Under the pieces are notes generated by a model. That model saw nothing but the letters and a program-made list of their open reading frames with translations, did no database searches and was not told where the DNA came from. Positions 35,980 to 43,387 of a stretch of 64,000 nt of DNA are shown here, piece after piece. Made by a program: the position numbers and the translations under genes. Numbering within the stretch: position 1 is the stretch's first letter; each line of letters starts with the position of its first letter. The DNA is from an uncultured Candidatus Saccharibacteria bacterium (GTDB lineage: Bacteria; Patescibacteriota; Saccharimonadia; Saccharimonadales; CAYLGV01). The stretch is taken from positions 26,873 to 90,872 of the forward strand of contig CAYMZG010000005.1 of NCBI GenBank assembly GCA_964394925.1, written 5' to 3'.

Positions 35980-36064
35980 GGGCGAGTGGCGGAACTGGTA
36001 TACGCGCACGACTCAAAATCGTGTTCCTAACGGAGTGAGGGTTCGATTCCCTCCTCGCCCACCA
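35980..36064 (+). tRNA. tRNA-Leu (anticodon CAA), long variable arm, CCA encoded
   Basis: Acceptor GGGCGAG/CTCGCCC, anticodon arm CACGA-CTCAAAA-TCGTG, T arm GAGGG-TTCGATT-CCCTC. Confidence 0.9.
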
Positions 36065-36100
36065 AACAAACAGTCCAGCAACGCTGGGCTTTTTGTTTGG
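36062..36100 (+). terminator. long hairpin beginning inside the tRNA CCA
   Basis: CCAAACAAACAGTCCAGC-AAC-GCTGGGCTTTTTGTTTGG, with two small bulges. Confidence 0.5.
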
Positions 36101-36218
36101 TTGATGTGATGAGAACCCGATCGGCGAAGCCGGGGTTCGTTCATGACGAACACGCGCAGGTGCTCGCACCGAGCATGTGAGGAAATGCGAGCGAAGCGAG
36201 TTCCCTCCTCGCCATGCC
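36101..36218 (+). repeat. tRNA-linked GC-rich structured module, member B, ending in a copy of the tRNA-Leu 3' end
   Basis: Core GCAGGTGCTCGCACCGAG at 36156-36173. TTCCCTCCTCGCC at 36201-36213 matches 36047-36059. Confidence 0.6.
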
Positions 36219-36354
36219 CCTTTTGCTATATTCTTGTAAATCTCATACCTTGCATTAATACAAGACCCAGCCGCTTGAGCTGGGCTTGTATAGCGATACC
36301 TCCGTACCCCCACAACAGAGATAATAACAACTGAAACTGAGAACTGGCTGGTTA

Positions 36355-37149
36355 TTACGTAAGTTCTGTAATGGCAGTTGTCAGCGCCTCAAATGGTTTG
36401 CTGGGATTTTGCAGCCACCAGGTAGCGGCGTATGTTGCTGATCGAACGCGCCACTTCTTGGTGTCCTGTGTGTTTTTTGTGGAGCTTACTTGACCATTTA
36501 TGGCTACCACATATTGATCAAGGTGTTTGACGATGACCGCTAGATTGTGCGCTCCGGTCATTTCATGCAAGCTATCGATGAGCTGAAGCAGGCCCATGTC
36601 GAATGTAATAGGCTGTGTTACGCGAAGTCGCGTGGCTAGTTTTTGCAGCTGAGCCATGGTCAAAACATGCAGACGATTACCTTGCAGCAATGCCATGTCA
36701 CTGTTGGTCAGGCTGTCACACGCATCTTTGGTAAGCGTTATCTGGCCAGTGTGTTTATGTAGTAACTTCTCGAGTAAGATGGTTGCTTCACTATTATGGC
36801 CAAAATTTCCAGCCAATAAGATGCCGTCGGCCCACGCTGCTTCGTGAAGAACCTCCGCCAGGGCTTGCTGGCCGAAACTCCCACTCGGTGTGCTTGGCGC
36901 GAATTCAACTTGCGGCAGAACGGCCCCAGCGATTTTATGTACCGCATCGGGCAGAAGTACCCGCACGCTGCCGGCACCGGCCTTTACAGCATGGCTATAG
37001 GCTTCAGCTGGGTCAATAAAACCATGTGTATTGCCGCCGACAATCAGTAGCTTCCCGGCTTGCGCTTTATGCTCGGGCCGACTCCACAGCAGATCAGGAA
37101 AGAGTGGACTCTCGGGCTGCTGTTTCTGCCAATAGTTGCGCTGATCCAT
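36355..37149 (-). CDS. YjeF C-terminal / carbohydrate-kinase-like protein (putative NAD(P)HX dehydratase)
   Basis: KLLIVGGNTHGF...AGAGSVRVLLPD pattern. Weak family resemblance only. Confidence 0.45.
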   Translation of the reverse strand: MDQRNYWQKQQPESPLFPDLLWSRPEHKAQAGKLLIVGGNTHGFIDPAEAYSHAVKAGAGSVRVLLPDAVHKIAGAVLPQVEFAPSTPSGSFGQQALAEVLHEAAWADGILLAGNFGHNSEATILLEKLLHKHTGQITLTKDACDSLTNSDMALLQGNRLHVLTMAQLQKLATRLRVTQPITFDMGLLQLIDSLHEMTGAHNLAVIVKHLDQYVVAINGQVSSTKNTQDTKKWRVRSATYAATWWLQNPSKPFEALTTAITELT

Positions 37150-37150
37150 G

Positions 37151-37948
37151 CTAGTCCTTGAGCGTAATGCTCACCGGACAGTGGTCGCTGCCCATCACAT
37201 CGGAGTGGATTTCAGCGTTTTTCAAATGATCTCTTAGACTTTCCGATATGAGGAAATAATCAATACGCCACCCGACGTTTCGAGCTCGTGAATTAGCAAA
37301 GTGACTCCACCAGGTATAGAAACCGTTACCTTGCTTGAACTCCCGGAAGGTGTCAACAAAGCCGGCCGTCAGCCAGTTATCGAAACCACTACGTTCTTCT
37401 TCGGTAAAACCCTTTTTGCCCCTGTTAGGCTTTGGATTGGCGAGGTCATCTTCGGTATGGGCAACATTCATGTCGCCGCAATATATAACAGGCTTCGTCT
37501 TTTGGAGGTCGGCACAATAGGCAGTTAATGCTGCGTCCCAGCGCTCGCGAAGGGGTATGCGCGTGAGATCATCTTTGGCATTCGGTGTGTAGGCGGTGAC
37601 CACATAAAAGTCTTCGAATTCAGCGGCGATAACGCGCCCTTCATCGTTGCTATGGCCGTAGTTATCGGCTTCCAGGCCACCAATTTTTACAAACTCATCT
37701 GGTATGTCGTTAACAACTGTAATCGGCTGATGTTTGGTAAATATAGCGGTGCCACTATAACCCTTTCGAGTTCGCGAGGAGTTCCAAAATTCTTGATACT
37801 GGGGCATGTCAATGACCGCCTGCCCTTGCTCGGCTTTGGTTTCTTGCAGACACAATATGTCTGGTTGGTGTTTGGCGACGAATTCTTGGAAGGTGCCCTT
37901 CTTAATGACGGCGCGGATGCCATTAACATTCCAACTATATATCTTCAT
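37151..37948 (-). CDS. xthA: exodeoxyribonuclease III
   Basis: SWNVNG, CLQETK, GDMNVAH and SDHCPV motifs. Confidence 0.9.
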   Translation of the reverse strand: MKIYSWNVNGIRAVIKKGTFQEFVAKHQPDILCLQETKAEQGQAVIDMPQYQEFWNSSRTRKGYSGTAIFTKHQPITVVNDIPDEFVKIGGLEADNYGHSNDEGRVIAAEFEDFYVVTAYTPNAKDDLTRIPLRERWDAALTAYCADLQKTKPVIYCGDMNVAHTEDDLANPKPNRGKKGFTEEERSGFDNWLTAGFVDTFREFKQGNGFYTWWSHFANSRARNVGWRIDYFLISESLRDHLKNAEIHSDVMGSDHCPVSITLKD

Positions 37949-37975
37949 GTAAAACAGTATAACAAAGAGGGCTTG

Positions 37976-38497
37976 TTACTTGTTCTTTGAAACGCTGCCG
38001 ATCGCACAAATAATCGCATCTCTGGATGCACTGGTTCGTGTGATGATACCGTTTGTGAGCATTCCAAGTATGCCCTCCTTCTTACCGATATCTGCGATTG
38101 CGAAAACTTCGTGGGTGGCTGCCGATAAATCCATGCCCTGTTGTAGCAGTTCTGCAAGTGCAACGGGCAACTCGACTCTTGGGCTGATACCAAAACCTAC
38201 CTTGTCGGGCCCCTTGGCCACACATGCAAAATTGCCCACGAACCATGCTTGATTGATCATTTGCACGCCACCCTCGATCCCTACCCCGTAATCTGCTCCC
38301 GGTACTTTGCTCTGGGCATCACGTGCGCGATTGAGAGCTCCCTGTAATGTCTCCTCATCGGACATGGGTTGGTCTGATACGCCAGAAGGAACATCTACCC
38401 CTATAAATGTGAGCTCTTGATCTTTAAAATACTCGCGGAAGGCGTCTTCTACTGCTTTAATTTTTGCTGGGTTTTTTGTGCCAATTGCGATCTTCAT
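37976..38497 (-). CDS. inosine/xanthosine triphosphatase-like protein (YjjX family)
   Basis: MKIAIGTKNPAKIKAV N-terminus, 173 aa. Family recalled from memory. Confidence 0.65.
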   Translation of the reverse strand: MKIAIGTKNPAKIKAVEDAFREYFKDQELTFIGVDVPSGVSDQPMSDEETLQGALNRARDAQSKVPGADYGVGIEGGVQMINQAWFVGNFACVAKGPDKVGFGISPRVELPVALAELLQQGMDLSAATHEVFAIADIGKKEGILGMLTNGIITRTSASRDAIICAIGSVSKNK

Positions 38498-38550
38498 ACG
38501 CTACAACTATAGCCTTCCGGTCAGTAATATGCCATACTTAGCTACCAGAA

Positions 38551-39264
38551 ATGAGTGCGAAATATCAGCGTGTCCTATTAAAAATCTCTGGTGAACAGCT
38601 GGCCGGTACCTTTGAATCAGGTATTGATCCCGTTTTGGCGGGGTGGATTGCAAAAGAGGTCCAAAAAGTCACCGAAGCTGGTACGCAAGTAATTATAATG
38701 GTTGGCGGTGGCAACTTTCTTCGTGGTGCCCAAATAGCTGGCCACGGGATTCAGCGTGTAACGGGCGACCAAATGGGTATGTTGGCAACCATGATTAACG
38801 CCCTGGCACTTACCGATATCTTTGAGGCACATGGGATCAAAACGCGATGTTTGAGTACAATCTTCGCCGAACAAGTAGCCGAACCCTTTGTGCATCGTTT
38901 GGCGCATAAACACCTCGAAAAAGGCCGTGTTGTTGTTATCGCGGGCGGTAGCGGTCGGCCCTATGTTACGACCGATACAGCAGCGGTAGTTCTTGCTTTG
39001 GAACTTGACTGCGAAGCAGTTCTCAAGGCAACTAAAGTTGATGGAGTATATGACAAAGACCCTAAAAAGCACTCTGATGCAAAAAAACTCGACTCATTAT
39101 CTTATGAGCAAGCCGTTACGGATGTGGCAATCAAAGTGATGGACAAGGCTGCCCTCGGCCTAGCAATGGAACAGCATATGCCGCTTGTGATCTTCGACGC
39201 TTTGAAAAGTGGCAATATCCTTGATGTAGTGCATGGCAAGCCGGTCGGAACAACAGTTTCATAA
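38551..39264 (+). CDS. pyrH: UMP kinase
   Basis: RVLLKISGE, VGGGNFLRG and TKVDGVYDKDP motifs. Confidence 0.95.
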   Translation: MSAKYQRVLLKISGEQLAGTFESGIDPVLAGWIAKEVQKVTEAGTQVIIMVGGGNFLRGAQIAGHGIQRVTGDQMGMLATMINALALTDIFEAHGIKTRCLSTIFAEQVAEPFVHRLAHKHLEKGRVVVIAGGSGRPYVTTDTAAVVLALELDCEAVLKATKVDGVYDKDPKKHSDAKKLDSLSYEQAVTDVAIKVMDKAALGLAMEQHMPLVIFDALKSGNILDVVHGKPVGTTVS

Positions 39265-39270
39265 AAATAG

Positions 39271-39305
39271 TTGACTAAATTACTAATTTAGTACATTATA
39301 TGTAC
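39271..39305 (+). promoter_or_regulatory. putative promoter overlapped by two palindromes
   Basis: TTGACT (39271-39276), 17 nt, CATTAT (39294-39299). Palindromes ACTAAATTA-C-TAATTTAGT (39274-39292) and GTACAT-TAT-ATGTAC (39291-39305). Confidence 0.4.
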
Positions 39306-39307
39306 AT

Positions 39308-40045
39308 ATGAAAAGGTCTGAGTTAACAGGTCTGGTGCTGACTCATGGCGAGCGTGACCCTATGGTTACCCTCGACCAACTGGCAACGGTTTGCGGGCAA
39401 ATCGTCGTTGTTCAAGATACCAGGACCCCCACGAACCCCTTGCCACTCGAAAATATAAGCAATGAAACTGAAATCACGGTCGTGGATCGTGACTTTGACA
39501 CCTTCCCAGCTCAGCGAAATGCTGGCATTGAAAAAGCTCGCGGTGACTGGGTTTTGTCGGTTGATAGTGATGAATACGTATCGCGTGATCTTGCAGAGGC
39601 CCTTACGGGTTTACGGCCAGCTCAAACTGATGAAGTATATGGCATTCCTCGGCAGGAACTGTTGCATGGACAAACTCTGAGCTCAAGATTGTACTGTGAC
39701 TATCATCCACGTTTGTTCCGGTCACATATTCGCTATGCAGCAACACCTGTGGTTCATGAAGAGTTCGTTGATTTTGACTATGGTCAACTTGGTTTTATCG
39801 AGGCACCACTCGTTCATGACATGTCTGATTCCCTCTACGAGTTATTTACCAAGTCATATGCGTATGGGCGGGCTTGGCAATTATCCCGTCCAGATTCGGA
39901 GTGCGGATTACGCCAGTTGGCCAACATAACATTGGGCCCCGTGGTGCGGCACGGTGGTTGGCGTGATGGTATAGCGGGACTTGCTATAGCCGCCACGCAA
40001 CTCGCCTATGGAGTTGGTCGCTACTCCACTAGGACACAAAACTAA
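39308..40045 (+). CDS. family 2 glycosyltransferase
   Basis: DxD-type motif SVDSDEYV, 245 aa. Confidence 0.65.
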   Translation: MKRSELTGLVLTHGERDPMVTLDQLATVCGQIVVVQDTRTPTNPLPLENISNETEITVVDRDFDTFPAQRNAGIEKARGDWVLSVDSDEYVSRDLAEALTGLRPAQTDEVYGIPRQELLHGQTLSSRLYCDYHPRLFRSHIRYAATPVVHEEFVDFDYGQLGFIEAPLVHDMSDSLYELFTKSYAYGRAWQLSRPDSECGLRQLANITLGPVVRHGGWRDGIAGLAIAATQLAYGVGRYSTRTQN

Positions 40046-40076
40046 AAGAACCGCTTGTTTTGAGCGGTTCTTTTTT
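40044..40076. terminator. bidirectional intrinsic terminator
   Basis: AAAA-GAACCGC-(9 nt)-GCGGTTC-TTTTTT, between convergent genes. Confidence 0.75.
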
Positions 40077-40091
40077 GGCTTCTCGGAGTAA

Positions 40092-40541
40092 CTAGTTCAA
40101 GTTGCTCTTGGTGAAGGTGCCGCCACCTTCGAGGGTTGCTGTAAGCGTGTAGGTTGTACATGTGGTGTCATCTGACTCACATGAACCACCTGAGCTGTTA
40201 GTAACAGCGTATGAGTACGATGTTGCGCTTGGTGAGCTTGCTACAGTGTAGCCAGAACCCTTCGGATCCTTCAAAGCTTCTTGGTCAAGACCCTTCATGT
40301 TCGTGCTGCGCCATGAGCTGTCGTTAATATCAGTGAGTGATGGGTAGCTACCCTTCTGTGCGTAATACGCCTCAACCTGGCCATGAAGTGCCTTTACATC
40401 GGTTGTGCGCTCGGTGTTACGAGCCTTTTGTTGAATACCGGTAAAGGTTGTGATTACCAGTGCCGCGAGGATACCGATAACAACGATAACGATCAAAAGT
40501 TCCACAATCGTGAAACCCTGTTGCTTAACTTTGTTGGTCAT
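40092..40541 (-). CDS. type IV pilin (prepilin-type N-terminal cleavage/methylation domain), paralog 1
   Basis: MTNKVKQQ-GFTIVELLIVIVVIGILAAL. RBS AAAGGTGGGAAC. Confidence 0.85.
   Translation of the reverse strand: MTNKVKQQGFTIVELLIVIVVIGILAALVITTFTGIQQKARNTERTTDVKALHGQVEAYYAQKGSYPSLTDINDSSWRSTNMKGLDQEALKDPKGSGYTVASSPSATSYSYAVTNSSGGSCESDDTTCTTYTLTATLEGGGTFTKSNLN
40093..40316 (-). repeat. 224-nt segment identical to 40716-40939 (3' halves of the two pilin genes)
   Basis: Base-by-base comparison found no mismatch. Upstream of this tract the two genes diverge. Confidence 0.85.
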
Positions 40542-40660
40542 AAGTGTGTTCCCACCTTTTCCTTATGAATATTTTAATGTTGATGAGTGCATTGTACACC
40601 TAGTTGTTCAATAACCACAAGCATAATATGATGCGCTTACAAATAAATGAGGAAGGAGAA

Positions 40661-40694
40661 TAAAAAACCGGGTCTGTTTTGGACCCGGTTTTGT
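40661..40694. terminator. intrinsic terminator between the pilin paralogs
   Basis: AAAAAACCGGGTC-(7 nt)-GACCCGGTTTTGTTT. Confidence 0.7.
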
Positions 40695-40714
40695 TTCGGC
40701 TTCTCGTTGAACGC

Positions 40715-41170
40715 TTAGTTCAAGTTGCTCTTGGTGAAGGTGCCGCCACCTTCGAGGGTTGCTGTAAGCGTGTAGGTTGTACATGTGGTGTCATCTGACT
40801 CACATGAACCACCTGAGCTGTTAGTAACAGCGTATGAGTACGATGTTGCGCTTGGTGAGCTTGCTACAGTGTAGCCAGAACCCTTCGGATCCTTCAAAGC
40901 TTCTTGGTCAAGACCCTTCATGTTCGTGCTGCGCCATGAACTATTATTAAGGTCGGCTAGAGATGGGTAGCTACCCTTCTGTGCGTAATACGCCTCAACC
41001 TGGCCATGCACGGCCTTTACATCGGTTGTGCGCTCGGTGTTACGAGCTTTTTGTTGAATGCCGGTAAAGGTTGTGATAACCAATGCGGCCAAAATACCAA
41101 TAACGACGATAACGATCAAGAGTTCAACGATCGTAAAACCGCGCTGGTCTTTATGTAGTGTACGTGACAT
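40715..41170 (-). CDS. type IV pilin, paralog 2
   Basis: MSRTLHKDQR-GFTIVELLIVIVVIGILAAL. The ATG at 41170 follows AAGAAGGGTGGG. Confidence 0.85.
   Translation of the reverse strand: MSRTLHKDQRGFTIVELLIVIVVIGILAALVITTFTGIQQKARNTERTTDVKAVHGQVEAYYAQKGSYPSLADLNNSSWRSTNMKGLDQEALKDPKGSGYTVASSPSATSYSYAVTNSSGGSCESDDTTCTTYTLTATLEGGGTFTKSNLN
40716..40939 (-). repeat. 224-nt segment identical to 40093-40316
   Basis: See the partner entry at 40093-40316. Confidence 0.85.
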
Positions 41171-41373
41171 GTATATGCCCACCCTTCTTAACTTGTTGTA
41201 TTAGTAATATACGGGCGCAGTATAACCTTGATTAAGCCGAAACACAAGCATTTTTCCACAGTTACAACAGCTGTGAAATATCCCAAATTTGACTAATGCT
41301 TGAATTGATGATACGATGTTGAAGGTTCCAAAAAACGGAACATCCCTTGTTAGCAACTAAATAAGGGAGTGAT

Positions 41374-41532
41374 ATGGAGACAATCACAAAAGCCATCGAG
41401 CAACCGCTCGAAACATCACACGAAGCATCCGACAAAGGACTGGACGACCAGTCCTTTTTTGATGCCACAAAGGCCGAAGGTGTGAAACTGCCGACAGCGT
41501 TCATTATGCAGCGCATGCTGAGGATGGAGTAG
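41374..41532 (+). CDS. 52-aa acidic hypothetical protein, below the ORF-track cutoff
   Basis: Hand translation gives METITKAIEQPLETSHEASDKGLDDQSFFDATKAEGVKLPTAFIMQRMLRME*. It has an AAGGGAG RBS and ends 9 nt before the next ATG. Confidence 0.4.
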   Translation: METITKAIEQPLETSHEASDKGLDDQSFFDATKAEGVKLPTAFIMQRMLRME

Positions 41533-41541
41533 AGTAAACAT

Positions 41542-42126
41542 ATGATCAGGACAGTTGTATTAACGGGCGGGCCATCGGGGGGTAAGTCAACGCTGCATAA
41601 TCAAATCGGCGAACAGCTGACAGGGGTTTACCTAGTGCCCGAAACGGCTACGATGCTGCTGAGCGGTGGATTTCCTGCCCCTTCGGAGCGGCATCCTTGG
41701 GATGAGACATGGCAGGCCGATTTCCAGGTAGCTATTGCCGCCGGTCAGCTCGCGGTAGAGAACATATCGAAACGGCGTGCTGAGCGAGAAGGAAAATCAC
41801 TCATCGTGTTAGATAGAGGGCGACCCGACGGCGCAGCCTACCTGCCAGGTGGTATGCGGGAGTTCGAAGCGATTACTGGCCAGGATGAGCGCACGATGCT
41901 GCATTCGTACGACATGGTGCTGCACATGCCCACCGCGGCAGCGCACCAGGCATACGATCAGAGTAGCAATCCCCATCGCTTCGAAGAAGCGGCGGCAGCG
42001 CTCGAGCTTGATGAAAGAATAATGAAAGTCTGGGAAAATCATCCGAACCGTATTGTGCTCGATGAGATAGATGAAACAGAGCGCATGGCGCATGGGCTGC
42101 GAATCGTGAAGGGCTTGCTCGACTAG
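41542..42126 (+). CDS. AAA_28-type P-loop NTPase
   Basis: Walker A LTGGPSGGKST, then VPETATMLL. Confidence 0.6.
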   Translation: MIRTVVLTGGPSGGKSTLHNQIGEQLTGVYLVPETATMLLSGGFPAPSERHPWDETWQADFQVAIAAGQLAVENISKRRAEREGKSLIVLDRGRPDGAAYLPGGMREFEAITGQDERTMLHSYDMVLHMPTAAAHQAYDQSSNPHRFEEAAAALELDERIMKVWENHPNRIVLDEIDETERMAHGLRIVKGLLD

Positions 42127-42132
42127 GCTGCA

Positions 42133-42267
42133 AATTGTGGCGGAGGGAGAGGGATAGCGGCCTTCGGCCTTCTCCGCTGCGGCGTACTCGGTGCAAGCAC
42201 CTGCGTGCGTCCTCGCTACGCCGAACCCTGCCACTTCGTGCCATGGGTTCTTCACCCCCCCATACAG
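42133..42267 (-). repeat. tRNA-linked GC-rich structured module, member C, ending in a copy of the tRNA-Ser 3' end
   Basis: The core at 42187-42204, read on the minus strand, is GCAGGTGCTTGCACCGAG. The 18 nt at 42138-42155 are identical to 42307-42324. Confidence 0.6.
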
Positions 42268-42308
42268 CAATGTTTATATCCCAGCCTTCGGCTGAGCTAC
42301 AAACATTG
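42268..42308 (-). terminator. hairpin beginning inside the tRNA CCA
   Basis: Minus strand: CAATGTTT...CAGCC-GAA-GGCTG...AAACATTG. Confidence 0.45.
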
Positions 42309-42396
42309 GCGGAGGGAGAGGGATTCGAACCCTCGATACCCTTTCGAGTAAACCCGCGTTCCAGGCGAGCGCCATAAACCACTAGGCGACCCCTCC
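42307..42396 (-). tRNA. tRNA-Ser (anticodon GGA), long variable arm, CCA encoded
   Basis: Acceptor GGAGGGG/TCCCTCC, anticodon arm CTCGC-CTGGAAC-GCGGG, T arm GAGGG-TTCGAAT-CCCTC. Confidence 0.9.
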
Positions 42397-42493
42397 GTAG
42401 TACGTAAAAAACTGGAACGAGAGTAGTATAGCGAAAAAAATCTAAATTTACACCTTGATTACAGATACCGTTAAGAGGTAGACTATATCAAAC

Positions 42494-43387
42494 ATGCCAG
42501 TGATTGAGTTAAAAGACGTCAGTAAACTGTACGGCTTCGGCGATGCTACTACCATAGCGCTCGACGAAGTTAACTTAGTCATTGAGCCGGGCGAGTTTGT
42601 GGCTATCATGGGCCCCAGTGGTTCTGGTAAGTCAACACTGCTTAATATGATGGGCCTCCTCGACCGCCCTACGCACGGTGAATATAAGCTTGGTGAGCGC
42701 TACGTTTCGCGACTGAGGCAAAATCAGCGTGCTAAAGCTCGCCGCGACACCATTGGTTTTGTTTTTCAGTTCTTCAATCTGATCCCTAACCTTACAGTCT
42801 TAGAGAATGTGGCTTTGCCTCTTGCTTATAAGGGCACAACACGAACGCGACGCCTGAAGCAGGCGGGCTATGTATTAGAGCGTGTTGGTTTGGCAGAAAG
42901 GGAGTATTTTTATCCGTGGCAACTGAGTGGCGGTCAGGCCCAGCGCGTGGCTATCGCTCGTGCACTGGTAAACAACCCGAGCATTATTATCGCTGATGAG
43001 CCTACTGGCAACCTCGATAGTGCCTCATCTCGCCTTGTTATGGAGCTACTGAGCGAAATTCACCAGTCTGGTAGCACGATCTTGATGGTCACACATAACC
43101 CTGAGCTAACGCGCTATGCGAGCCGAGTGGTGTTTATGCGAGATGGCTCAATTGTGAATGATGAGCAGTCCGAGGTTGGTCAGCTACCTGACACCATTCG
43201 TCGAAGGGCCTACTTTGTGCCAAAAAAGACAGTTGAAGATGATTTGGCTGGCGTGTCGGCTCTGATGGAGTCCGCACCCGATAAAGCTCTCAAGAGCGGC
43301 CAAAAAACGACGTTAGCGAAGAAGGTGAAGAAGCACCCGCGCTCAAAGTCATATAGCACCAAAGCCAACACAAGGAAGAAAAGATAA
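42494..43387 (+). CDS. ABC transporter ATP-binding protein (MacB/LolD-type) with basic C-terminal tail
   Basis: Walker A GPSGSGKST, signature LSGGQAQR, Walker B IIIADEPT. Confidence 0.9.
   Translation: MPVIELKDVSKLYGFGDATTIALDEVNLVIEPGEFVAIMGPSGSGKSTLLNMMGLLDRPTHGEYKLGERYVSRLRQNQRAKARRDTIGFVFQFFNLIPNLTVLENVALPLAYKGTTRTRRLKQAGYVLERVGLAEREYFYPWQLSGGQAQRVAIARALVNNPSIIIADEPTGNLDSASSRLVMELLSEIHQSGSTILMVTHNPELTRYASRVVFMRDGSIVNDEQSEVGQLPDTIRRRAYFVPKKTVEDDLAGVSALMESAPDKALKSGQKTTLAKKVKKHPRSKSYSTKANTRKKR

Noticed and set aside
36262-36293. Hairpin ACAAGACCCAGC...GCTGGGCTTGT as part of the tRNA-linked module B
   Set aside because: It lies beyond the tRNA-end copy and just downstream of the convergent gene ending at 36355. 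It is more simply that gene's terminator-like hairpin.
41262-41516. 84-aa minus-strand ORF upstream of the P-loop NTPase gene
   Set aside because: It has no RBS and no context. The opposite strand carries a short ORF with a strong RBS that is coupled to the downstream gene.
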